A stretch of 64,000 nucleotides of DNA from Candidatus Poribacteria bacterium. GTDB taxonomy: Bacteria; Poribacteria; WGA-4E; WGA-3G. The DNA lies in contig CBDBFU010000015.1 in NCBI GenBank assembly GCA_965205025.1, positions 288,001-352,000 of the forward strand, read 5' to 3'. Positions within the stretch are counted from its first letter, which is position 1. Each line of letters begins with the position of its first letter. Under the pieces are notes generated by a model. That model was not told the origin of the DNA. It did not search any database and worked only from the letters and a program-made list of their open reading frames with translations. Below are positions 38,639 through 47,702 of the stretch, piece by piece. The position numbers and the translations under genes are program-made.

Positions 38639-39334
38639 TTAAGATTGCGATTGCATACGAGCGATCTGTTCTCTAAGTTCAACGACTTCTGCTTCAGCAG
38701 TATCAGCTCGTTTTGCTTCCTGTTCTGCTCGGGTTTCTGCTGCTTCTGCGGGGGTTTGTAACCACTCACTCGTAGATGGATTATAAATACCTAACCCTTC
38801 ATCCAATACTTGGAAATCTAAGCCGATTGAGGTAGCATGGATACCGTTCTCACCTTGGGGTAAATTGACATAATTGCCATCTTTTAGCTCAAATCCCATC
38901 AATTGCGATGGTAGATATAGATCTTCAGCATCATATAGGAAATAGTTTTGTATTTTTAGTGCTGCATAAATCTCGATCTTGTCAGTTAAGTCTTTATCGT
39001 AAGTGTTCTTGCTACTGAACTCCATCACAAATTCTGGTGTCTTCCCTTCTTCCCATACCTTATAAGTTCTGCGTTGTTTCATACCTACACCGAAAGAGAC
39101 CAAGACATCAGGTGATATAGATTTAGTTGGCAAACCTTCTTCGTAATATATCAGAATATCACCTGATACATAGACAGTTGGATCTGTTGCGTAGAATGCT
39201 TCAATAACGTGTAACGTCCTGATTAACTGACTTCTGTGTAGATCGCTTGCAGCCATTGGCTTTCCATCTTCTTCAGGATATAATGAATCTGTAGGGACAA
39301 AGGTGAGTTTTTTCTTTTCTCCGTTAGCCACCAT
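38639..39334 (-). CDS. Uma2 family endonuclease with C-terminal coiled coil
   Basis: YPEEDGKPMAASDLH, ISPDVLV, PEFVMEFSSKNT..KD; tail AETRAEQEAKRA. ATG at 39334 follows AGGAGG. Confidence 0.88.
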   Translation of the reverse strand: MVANGEKKKLTFVPTDSLYPEEDGKPMAASDLHRSQLIRTLHVIEAFYATDPTVYVSGDILIYYEEGLPTKSISPDVLVSFGVGMKQRRTYKVWEEGKTPEFVMEFSSKNTYDKDLTDKIEIYAALKIQNYFLYDAEDLYLPSQLMGFELKDGNYVNLPQGENGIHATSIGLDFQVLDEGLGIYNPSTSEWLQTPAEAAETRAEQEAKRADTAEAEVVELREQIARMQSQS

Positions 39335-39446
39335 TGATAATCCTCCTGACGTTAGAAATATTACACACAAAGGTTAAGAGTTGACATCTTCCAAGTAGGT
39401 TAATTATAGTCTTAATAACTTGGACTCATCAAACCAATTTGTGGGT

Positions 39447-39968
39447 TTAGAACTGTGCAGGGAAGTTCCCACGTGCTTGATCCATTACCTCGGCAGTGAT
39501 TTCTGTATGTCCATTTTCTTTTGCGAAACTTTCAATCCCCATTTTTGCCATTGGTCGAACAAACGCAGGTATCCGTTCTAAACGATCTAACGCGTCTTGT
39601 GTCCATTCAATACCTTCAGTTTTAGGTTCGGATTCCTCTTCGTAAGCTTCAGAAATAACGGAGGTGAAGGGACATTTCCCACCTTCAGTTTCACCTGTAT
39701 TTGTATCGAATGTTGGGTTTGGCATCGAATCTTCTTTACCTGTTTGCAGTTGGGAACGGACCATCTGCATCGGTTGTGCAGCTTCATTATTGCCACCAAG
39801 CTTTAAATCCATCGATTTCAGCATTTGTGTTTCGGATGGATTTAAGAACATTGCTATTTCTGTAAAACAGTCAGGACATTCGAAAACAGCGGTAATAGAT
39901 CCTTGTTCAGGACGGGTTACATCCTTAAATTTCATTGCAGTTTCACATTCTATACATAGGAATTTCAT
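39447..39968 (-). CDS. Zinc-ribbon, CP-motif and PCP_red-like domain protein
   Basis: CIEC...CPDC; GGKCPF; WTQDALDRLERIPAFVRPMAKMGIESFAKENGHTEITAEVMDQA. Confidence 0.8.
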   Translation of the reverse strand: MKFLCIECETAMKFKDVTRPEQGSITAVFECPDCFTEIAMFLNPSETQMLKSMDLKLGGNNEAAQPMQMVRSQLQTGKEDSMPNPTFDTNTGETEGGKCPFTSVISEAYEEESEPKTEGIEWTQDALDRLERIPAFVRPMAKMGIESFAKENGHTEITAEVMDQARGNFPAQF

Positions 39969-40015
39969 TTTTTATCTCCATAAATGTTGTAGGAGAAGTT
40001 ATGTTCAATCACATG

Positions 40016-40903
40016 TTAAGTTAGTGTGGTAAAGTATTTTTGTATATTATGAGCTGTCTCAACGATAGCTTCACTTGCCGGATTATTGGGGAATTGTTCT
40101 AAATAGGGTATTCCACTGTCATTACACTGTGATAGTTTTGGATCAAAGGGTATCTTACCGAGTAAAGTGAATTGGAAAGTATTTTCAACAGAATCTTCAT
40201 TAGAAAAGAGTGATTCACTCTCACCACAATGATGACAAACATAGTATGACATATTTTCTACAACCCCAATAATTGGCACCTTAAGGACGTCCCTCGCCAT
40301 CGTCACAGACTTCTTTACAATCAGTTGTGATACATCTGAGGGAATAGTTACAACAACCACACCACTAAGAGAGGGTATCAGTTCAACGACGTTTGCTAAA
40401 CGTTCTGAACCAGGTGGTAAATCAAGGAGGAGATAATCTAACTCTTCCCATTCTGTATCTCCTATAAATTCTCGTAATGCGCCAACCTCCATTGTACTAC
40501 GCCAAGTAAATGCATCCTTCTGAGAATGTGCATTCCATAATACTGGTGCATGATCTTCGGATAGGAGTAGATCCATTGAGATGACTTTTACTCCGAGTGA
40601 GGTGATTGCTGGCTTGACACCTGTTGAAGTATATTCTAAATTAGTATCTCGTACTCCCATCATTTTCGCAATTGATGGACCGTTTATATCTGCATCAACA
40701 ACACCTACAGAACAACCTGCTAAAGTAAATGCGGTAGCTATATTGGCGGTGACAGCACTTTTACCGACACCCCCCTTTCCACTCATTATTGCTATAGTAT
40801 ATTTTACAGAGTTTAACCGTTGATTTACTCTGTTTGCTTGTGCTTTAACTTGTCCAACGATGTTAGAGCCAGCATCATCGGGTAGTTCCTTGTAGCTTTT
40901 CAA
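40016..40903 (-). CDS. mrp: Mrp/ApbC/NBP35 family P-loop ATPase (Fe-S carrier)
   Basis: SGKGGVGKS, DADINGPS, LDYLLLDLPPG, GVVENMS..CHHC, LGKIPFDP. Confidence 0.9.
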   Translation of the reverse strand: MKSYKELPDDAGSNIVGQVKAQANRVNQRLNSVKYTIAIMSGKGGVGKSAVTANIATAFTLAGCSVGVVDADINGPSIAKMMGVRDTNLEYTSTGVKPAITSLGVKVISMDLLLSEDHAPVLWNAHSQKDAFTWRSTMEVGALREFIGDTEWEELDYLLLDLPPGSERLANVVELIPSLSGVVVVTIPSDVSQLIVKKSVTMARDVLKVPIIGVVENMSYYVCHHCGESESLFSNEDSVENTFQFTLLGKIPFDPKLSQCNDSGIPYLEQFPNNPASEAIVETAHNIQKYFTTLT

Positions 40904-42213
40904 TTTTTCTGTCCAATTGCATACAAGGCATCATAACTTCGTAGGTATAGTGTGCCATTTAATATAACAGGAGATGCTGCGATTTCTTCGTCAATATTAT
41001 TTGTAGCAACTATCTCAAAGTCTCTACCTGCCTTCACAACATTTACAACACCATCTCTTGCGGTTAGGTATATATGTCCGTTTGCATATACTGGAGATGA
41101 ACGGTGTCTATGTCGATGTGTCTGGTGTCTATAGAGTTGCTCACCTGTTTTTGCGTCAATACAGATCAGATCACCATTCTCACGACACAAATATACTAAA
41201 CCGTCGTGTATTAGAGGTGAAGGGACATCAGGTGTACCTCTACTTAGTTTCCACTTTTGCCATTGAGTATCGGTAATATCACCACTTCCTGATGGGTCAA
41301 TTCCTATCACAGGACCATTTTTTGCTGAAGGCACAACTATTAACCCCTCAGTTGAAACTGGTGAAGCGACCAATCGGAAGGATCGGTTGTAATTTTCTGC
41401 TGGATTGAATCCACCACATCGCCATATTTCGTTTCCATCATCAAGCTTATGTGCTGTGACATAGTCTGCCCCATGGACAACAAGAAATTCCCGTTCAGCG
41501 TCCCTATATAACATAGGTGATGTATATGCCTGTTCAGATTCTTGTATAGCATCACTCTTCCGCTTCTGTTTCCATACCTCTTCACCGTTCATCTTATCAA
41601 GTGCAAGAACTAACCATGCATTACTATGAATTAGGTGCAAGTATAACCTATCTTTGTAGAGGAGCGGTGAAGTTGACATTATAAAATATAGGTTGAATTC
41701 CCCGTACCGTTCTTGCAGGTTTGTCTTCCATACCTGATTTCCATCATAATCATAACAAACCAGATCCCCATTCCCCAAAAATGCCCATACATGTTTACCA
41801 TCAGTGGTAGGTGACGGTGCAGCGAAGTTAACTTCATCCCCACGAGATCTTCTATTGCCTGTTGCTAACGTGCGTTTCCAAACTTCATCTCCTTGTGTGT
41901 TAACACAAATCAATACCACATTAGCACCATCAGCACAGGTAAGAAAGATTTTATCATCCCAAATTACAGGTGTGGAAGCACCCTCTCCAGGCAGTGGTAG
42001 ACGCCATTTAACATTTTCTGTTTGACTCCATTTTTTTGGAACTTCGGTGGCATTACTTATTCCATCGTTGTTTGGTCCACGCCACTGATGCCAATTATTA
42101 CTTACAGCGTTTTCTGTATCAGCAACAACATGTGTCCAACTGGTCTTTAAGAAAAAGAGAATTAAAAGACTTAATACTGTAATTACTCGATTTATAGAAA
42201 TTTTATTGTTCAT
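40900..42213 (-). CDS. PQQ-binding-like beta-propeller protein
   Basis: Signal peptide; WHQWRGP..DG, NVKWRLPLPG.G.STPVIW; repeated SP.... strands. Confidence 0.85.
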   Translation of the reverse strand: MNNKISINRVITVLSLLILFFLKTSWTHVVADTENAVSNNWHQWRGPNNDGISNATEVPKKWSQTENVKWRLPLPGEGASTPVIWDDKIFLTCADGANVVLICVNTQGDEVWKRTLATGNRRSRGDEVNFAAPSPTTDGKHVWAFLGNGDLVCYDYDGNQVWKTNLQERYGEFNLYFIMSTSPLLYKDRLYLHLIHSNAWLVLALDKMNGEEVWKQKRKSDAIQESEQAYTSPMLYRDAEREFLVVHGADYVTAHKLDDGNEIWRCGGFNPAENYNRSFRLVASPVSTEGLIVVPSAKNGPVIGIDPSGSGDITDTQWQKWKLSRGTPDVPSPLIHDGLVYLCRENGDLICIDAKTGEQLYRHQTHRHRHRSSPVYANGHIYLTARDGVVNVVKAGRDFEIVATNNIDEEIAASPVILNGTLYLRSYDALYAIGQKN

Positions 42214-42323
42214 TACATCCCTCCTGCATCAGAGTTAATATGTGTGTTATTCATGATTCTTAACACCTTAGAGCCCTACGAATTGTTAATCCTACATGTA
42301 TTTAAAATAACGTGAGTTCAATA

Positions 42324-42753
42324 TCACCTATTTTCGTCTGTCCACAAACCACGATCCGGACCGTTCCACTGAAATGGAACTATTTTCGACAACTTACCGA
42401 CGTTGTACTCAGGAAATGTATATCCTGCCTTCAACAACATAACCTTCATTTGTAAAAAGTGGAAATTCAAGATTTTGGAGAGAGGAGGTTGGTTCAATTT
42501 CCAACCAAACGTCAAGTTCACCGAGAACGGTCTTATAGAAGAAGTCTGCAGAATGGGATTCATGCTTCAGAATCATGATAACCCCTGATTGTTTCACTTC
42601 TCCATTTGATGAGGATACTTTTAAGGCAACTAACAAGTCTTCTTGTGGAGGAGGATCAGATTTTACTTTAAACCAGAGACCTTGTGTGGAACCTTCTGCA
42701 GCACCTTCATTTGGACCGAGGATCTGAAAAGTAATAGTGGGTAAATCAGCCAT
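42324..42753 (-). pseudogene. Probable frameshifted hypothetical gene
   Basis: MADLPTITF...NEGYVVE continues naturally as AGYTFPEYNVGK...ENR* if one G near 42429 is removed. Confidence 0.45.
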
Positions 42754-42813
42754 ATCGATCCTATTGCTATTAATACTCAGCAGAAACATCTATTGAATAC
42801 TGGATTAACCTTT

Positions 42814-44715
42814 TTACTCTTGCGTCTGCTGATAATATTCACCTAATACTTCATTTGCCAGACTTCTTCCATCCTCAATAACGCGTGCGGCAAAATCGAG
42901 AGTTATTTCAGTAATTTTTGCTTCATTTGCTCTCTGTTCTATGCGGGTTTGGGTGATATTACGCATGAAACCTTCAGGGACTAAGTTTAACCGGTCAATT
43001 GCTTCTTCTGTCCATTGTAAAGAACTTGCAAAGTTGTTGCCGTCTTGAGTGTTTTGTGATTCGGTCTGAGTTTGCATGGCTCTAAGTTCCGGGGCATCTT
43101 CACGAACTGCTGCTGCTTCCCCCATGCTTTCGTCAATAATGTGAGTTGCAAAATCATTTGTAATAGTATGTATTTTTTGAGAACGAGCAGATTTTTCAAT
43201 TCGTGCTTTGACATTTCGACGCATGTAGCCACGTGGAACGGTACGCAACGCCTTTTTCGCTTGTTCGGACCACTGTAGACGTACACCATCGAATGTTTCC
43301 TCTTCTTCTGCACCACCTTCATCAATAGCAATATGATCCAGAGAATCCTTATTAACCATCTGAAATCGTTCTGGGGGAGAACTGCATACGGGACAAACGA
43401 CAGGTTGTTGATTATGTGCAGCATACCCACATTCACCACAGATATATGTCTGGACATCACCTAATTCGATTACTTTCTGTTCAGCGATCTCTTTTGCCAC
43501 GCGTGTTAATTTCTCTGAAGCGCGTTGTGGCATAATTGCTTCCATAGCCTTTTCAATAACACTCTCTGTAATGACAGAATGTCCGCGTTCGATAGCAAAC
43601 CGATGCACAGCAGTCTTTGCTATACCGCGTACCAGAGGAGGCGCTTTCTCCATTCGATCCATTGCTTCTTGAGTCCATACTAATGTTTCCTCTGCTTTTA
43701 CATCTATTTGTGGGAAATATCGTTGACTTGATAGGAGTACATTACATGGTGCAAGACGTAGTAGATTCTCTGCAGTACTTCCAATATCCATTTCTTGTTC
43801 GCTATGGACACCGATGCGTCCTAAAACGAGTAACCATGGTTCTGTTTTACGGGTGTATTGTATTATTTTTTCGTAGGCTTTACCATCAAGTAGTGTGATT
43901 TTTAGATTATAGTCGTGTTCCTCTTTTGCAATAGAACGAGCGACTTCTAAGTGGGATTGATATATCTTCGCTAATCCAGTATCAATTACCTCTTCATGTA
44001 GTTGTTCCTGTTCTTTAAATCTGAATGTTCTTGCGGCGCGTTCAGTAAGTACGTTCACTACAGAGTTAAAAACGATATAGTGTAGATATGGATCGTATAC
44101 ACCGACAGCTTCTACCTGTTTGTTGAACTTTTGTCCGAGTTGGATAGCGGTTTTTAGTCCTGAAAACGATTCAGGACTTCCATCAATACCGACAAGAATG
44201 TTACCTTGCTGTTCTTCGATTGGGTCAAGGTTTCGCACTACGAGTGTATCGGTGGTAATCCGTCTAACAACGCGTTCAGTAACTCCACCGATTAGGCTAT
44301 CTTTTACTGCCCCCATCCCGAGTGCCCCCATAATTACGAGATCATAATCCCCTTCTTGGATATCTTCTACAAGCTTAATGTAGTGTTTCCCTTCAGGCAT
44401 TTGTGGTTCAAATGGTATATTGAACTTTTCACACTTCTTCTTCATAACCTCAAGGTAGGAGTCAGAAATGAGTTGGAGTCCCATAGTAATAAGTGTGTCA
44501 TGTATACGTCGCTGTTTTTCGAGTTCAACTTCATCCTGATATTCTTCTGGAAGGGTATACTCCATCTGTTTAAAGCGTACGTCATGCATTTTCGCTGCGT
44601 AAACGTGGGATCCTACCAACTGTGAATCGAAGTGTTTGGCGAATTCCACAGCTAAGTCGATACTTGCATCAGAATAATCGGAGTTGTCAACAGGGACGTA
44701 TATTTTTTTCATCAT
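42814..44715 (-). CDS. Multidomain protein: USP-USP-PCP_red-rubredoxin-like-PCP_red-PCP_red
   Basis: KKIYVPVDNS..DLVIMGALGMG; NILVGIDGS..IGSTAENLLR; YICGECGY..CPVC; three W(T/S)xxA..P...R helical domains. Confidence 0.85.
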   Translation of the reverse strand: MMKKIYVPVDNSDYSDASIDLAVEFAKHFDSQLVGSHVYAAKMHDVRFKQMEYTLPEEYQDEVELEKQRRIHDTLITMGLQLISDSYLEVMKKKCEKFNIPFEPQMPEGKHYIKLVEDIQEGDYDLVIMGALGMGAVKDSLIGGVTERVVRRITTDTLVVRNLDPIEEQQGNILVGIDGSPESFSGLKTAIQLGQKFNKQVEAVGVYDPYLHYIVFNSVVNVLTERAARTFRFKEQEQLHEEVIDTGLAKIYQSHLEVARSIAKEEHDYNLKITLLDGKAYEKIIQYTRKTEPWLLVLGRIGVHSEQEMDIGSTAENLLRLAPCNVLLSSQRYFPQIDVKAEETLVWTQEAMDRMEKAPPLVRGIAKTAVHRFAIERGHSVITESVIEKAMEAIMPQRASEKLTRVAKEIAEQKVIELGDVQTYICGECGYAAHNQQPVVCPVCSSPPERFQMVNKDSLDHIAIDEGGAEEEETFDGVRLQWSEQAKKALRTVPRGYMRRNVKARIEKSARSQKIHTITNDFATHIIDESMGEAAAVREDAPELRAMQTQTESQNTQDGNNFASSLQWTEEAIDRLNLVPEGFMRNITQTRIEQRANEAKITEITLDFAARVIEDGRSLANEVLGEYYQQTQE

Positions 44716-44744
44716 CTTATCTCATTAATAATTGTAAGGTTATA

Positions 44745-45008
44745 CTACTCTATTTTCATATCATTACACGGTTTATAGTGATAGCCAATCCATGTTCCAA
44801 TGATATGTGCGAGTAATGTAGCTGGCCATAAATACACTAATGCTGTCTGCCAATGCCATTGAAGAATAAAACGACGTACTACAAAGTTTAGGACTATTGG
44901 AATATATAAGCATCTACCCCAGGGACGACTAAATTTTCTATATCGAACCCGATAAAATCCGAAAGGAAAATGTATCAGAAAAGCAAGAATAGAGATTAAA
45001 AGGTTCAG
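44745..45008 (-). CDS. Small membrane protein (87 aa) with probable CTG start, absent from the ORF track
   Basis: Reads (M)NLLISILAFLIHFPFGFYRVRYRKFSRPWGRCLYIPIVLNF...KIE*. GAGGA RBS; CTGA overlap with the SCO stop. Confidence 0.7.
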   Translation of the reverse strand: MNLLISILAFLIHFPFGFYRVRYRKFSRPWGRCLYIPIVLNFVVRRFILQWHWQTALVYLWPATLLAHIIGTWIGYHYKPCNDMKIE

Positions 45009-45655
45009 TTATTTTCCTCATTCTTGAGTAGTTGCTTTATATCCTTTCGTATTTTCTGCATAGCAGCTTTACTGCGACTGTCATAGTAGTCATGTATTGT
45101 TCTATCGGGTTTTATGACCACGAATTTTCTACTATGTGGAAATACACCTTCATGATATGCAGCAGGTAATTTAAAACCATTGTTAGCTAAATTGTAAATC
45201 TGTTCCTTATCTCCCGTTAGGAAGTGCCAACTATCTTGTTTTGCTCCATAATCTAATGCATATTGAGAAAGAACTTGCGGTGTATCGCGTTCTGGGTCAA
45301 CAGTGATAGACACAAAAATGACCTTATCGTTTTCAATTTCTGCCTGTAGTTCTGCCATTTCTTGTGTCATAATTGGACAAATTGTTGGACAATTAGTAAA
45401 GATAAAATCGACAACCCATAATTTTCCATCCAAATCAGATATACCAAACGACATACCTTGTTGATTTGTTAGACTGAAATCAGGCACACTTGCCAATGGA
45501 GTATGTTCAGGTGCTTTATCATTTGAGTTTACAGATGACCAAAGTGTAATTCCTGCAACACAAAGAATAACTACACCTAATACTATCCAAGGAATAGAAC
45601 TTTTTTCGATTCTATGTGCCTCCTGATTAGGGTTTTCGTTAGGATTATCCATCAT
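45005..45655 (-). CDS. SCO1/SenC copper chaperone
   Basis: N-terminal TM; DFIFTNCPTICP, SITVDPERDTP, distal His in FPHS. Confidence 0.92.
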   Translation of the reverse strand: MMDNPNENPNQEAHRIEKSSIPWIVLGVVILCVAGITLWSSVNSNDKAPEHTPLASVPDFSLTNQQGMSFGISDLDGKLWVVDFIFTNCPTICPIMTQEMAELQAEIENDKVIFVSITVDPERDTPQVLSQYALDYGAKQDSWHFLTGDKEQIYNLANNGFKLPAAYHEGVFPHSRKFVVIKPDRTIHDYYDSRSKAAMQKIRKDIKQLLKNEENN

Positions 45656-45693
45656 TGCCTACCTATAGAATAGGAACAGGTTTAAATTTGATC

Positions 45694-46032
45694 TTAGTGA
45701 TCGGATGTATTTACTACTTCTGTCGGGGGTTTTTCCACACCTTCATGTCGTGAATCTGATGTTAAATCTGGTATTAACATAATCACCAGAAAGACACAGA
45801 TAAGAAATGGAGTAATTACAATTGCTGCTAAGGTCCGTTTCTCAAGTTTCAAATGCATGAAATAAGCTGCAACCAAGTATGCCTTCCCACATGCTAATCC
45901 AATGAGGATTATAGCTTTGAGAACTACTGAGTATTTAGGAATGGCTACTCCAATCTCAATAGCAGTTAGCACAGCCAACCATATAAAAATTAAAAAATAT
46001 CTTGGATGTTTGTGGTGTCCATCTTGAGCCAT
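45694..46032 (-). CDS. Cytochrome c oxidase subunit IV (COX4_pro-like)
   Basis: LAVLTAIE, KAYLVAAYFMHLK. Confidence 0.85.
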   Translation of the reverse strand: MAQDGHHKHPRYFLIFIWLAVLTAIEIGVAIPKYSVVLKAIILIGLACGKAYLVAAYFMHLKLEKRTLAAIVITPFLICVFLVIMLIPDLTSDSRHEGVEKPPTEVVNTSDH

Positions 46033-46044
46033 ATTTGTTTCCTC

Positions 46045-46695
46045 CTACAATAGATAGATAAAAGTGAAAACCATAATCCAAATTAGGTCAACAAAGTGCC
46101 AATACAGACCTACTATTTCAACTTCATGGTTGAAATCCGCAGTATAGCGTCCAGACCAACCATTTCTCAAAATTACAATAAGGTAAATCACTCCACCAGT
46201 TACATGTAGACCGTGAAATCCTGTGATTGCATAAAAAGTAGGTCCAAACAATGTTGATCCGCTGATCATAGCACCTGAAATACTGTGTTCAGGTATTCCA
46301 GTGAGTGTCAAACCGTGCGTAATCAAATGGTACCATTCATAGGCTTGTAATCCAAGGAATATGATACCTCCAAGGATAGTAAGTCCAAGAAAGTCACACA
46401 TTCTACCCACATTACCTTTTTGAATTGATTCTAACGCTTTTACCATTGTGACACTACTACAGATAAGTAAGAATGTCATAAAAGCAGTCAGGTTAATACC
46501 GAGTATATCACTTGGAGGAACCCATCCAATTATACCTGCTCCAGCACGGATTGCAGCATAGGCTGCAAGTAAAGCTCCAAATGACATGGTATCCCCTATT
46601 AAGAAGATCCACATCCCAAGTTTACCGAGACTGTCAGGTGTAAGCGATGGTTCGTATACGTCTTCAGAATGATCTAAAGTGGTAGCTTCTTCCAC
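46045..46695 (-). CDS. ctaE: Cytochrome c oxidase subunit III, copy 2
   Basis: KLGMWIFL, LLICSSVTM, FYAITGFHGLHV, GLYWHFVDLIW. Confidence 0.9.
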   Translation of the reverse strand: MEEATTLDHSEDVYEPSLTPDSLGKLGMWIFLIGDTMSFGALLAAYAAIRAGAGIIGWVPPSDILGINLTAFMTFLLICSSVTMVKALESIQKGNVGRMCDFLGLTILGGIIFLGLQAYEWYHLITHGLTLTGIPEHSISGAMISGSTLFGPTFYAITGFHGLHVTGGVIYLIVILRNGWSGRYTADFNHEVEIVGLYWHFVDLIWIMVFTFIYLL

Positions 46696-46792
46696 TATAC
46701 TTTACTCCTTTTTATTTGTTTCTGTCCGTTATTACAATTTGCTAAATGATTATAAGAACAATCAGTCTGTATGTATTTTGCGATGCCTCTTG

Positions 46793-47680
46793 CTAATGTG
46801 TTCCAACTTCAACTCGAGCATCAGCAATTTCTGCAATTTCAGTATCAATCTCAAATCCGATAAAGTTTCGTCCTTCCATACGTGCTGCGATACCGGTAGA
46901 ACCTGAACCAGCGAATGGATCACATACGACTGACCCTTCAGCGGAGAATATCCTAACTAAATGTCGTAGTAGCGGAACAGGCTTTGCAGCGATGTGTCCA
47001 AATTTCTCCCGTGGTTTAGTTACAGGTATCACAGTACCTGGAAATCTGTCGTTTTCTACAACTGGGTCCGACACATCAATAAGACCTGTTCGATGCTGAA
47101 GCCAATTGTCAACGAAAGTGCCTTCTCGTGGAGACTGTGCAAGAATAATAAGCTCCATTTGTGGCTTGAGTTGCGGTGTTTTTCTACCCCCCAAAACCTT
47201 AATTATTTTCTCCTTCTCATCCTCTGGCAACTTGCTTTTTCTTACGAAATGATCTTGTGTAAACGCTTTAGCTTGTCCTTCATATCGCCATGCTAACATG
47301 TCTCTAATTTCAAAACCTGCCTCTTCTATAGCAAGAGCAGAACGATGTGATAGTCTTGGATGTGAAAAACAGAGAACAAATCCACCTGGTTTAATTATTC
47401 GAAACCATTGTTCTGCGACAGGTTTCAAAAACCTGTATAGGTTATGTCCTTGTGCCCGATCAAATTTCATCCCTACTGGGATTCCACCGATTACCCCTTT
47501 TTTTAGTCTTGATTTGATTCGGTTTGTATCCCAATTGTCATCCAATCCATCCAGGAAATATGGAGGGTCAGTTAGGATTAGAGACACACTTCGCGATGCC
47601 AGCTTAGCCATTCCTTTTCTACAGTCAATATTCTGTACCCAGGAGTCAAAACTATTATTTTTTAAAGCATCGCTTGACAT
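46793..47680 (-). CDS. Orphan N4-C/N6-A DNA methyltransferase, beta-class motif order
   Basis: LILTDPPY (motif IV) precedes H.AAKP...VCDPFAGSGSTG (motif I) and FIGFEID. Confidence 0.9.
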   Translation of the reverse strand: MSSDALKNNSFDSWVQNIDCRKGMAKLASRSVSLILTDPPYFLDGLDDNWDTNRIKSRLKKGVIGGIPVGMKFDRAQGHNLYRFLKPVAEQWFRIIKPGGFVLCFSHPRLSHRSALAIEEAGFEIRDMLAWRYEGQAKAFTQDHFVRKSKLPEDEKEKIIKVLGGRKTPQLKPQMELIILAQSPREGTFVDNWLQHRTGLIDVSDPVVENDRFPGTVIPVTKPREKFGHIAAKPVPLLRHLVRIFSAEGSVVCDPFAGSGSTGIAARMEGRNFIGFEIDTEIAEIADARVEVGTH

Positions 47681-47702
47681 ATTCTTCCTTCAATGAAGCT
47701 GT

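Noticed and set aside
35607-44715. Chlorophyll biosynthesis (DPOR) genes
   Set aside because: Only the small C-terminal-type domain is present; there are no BchN/BchB catalytic domains, and the ATPase has Mrp motifs rather than BchL motifs.
46793-47680. Complete restriction-modification system or prophage
   Set aside because: No adjacent endonuclease, integrase or phage genes; the nearest Uma2 gene is more than 7 kb away.
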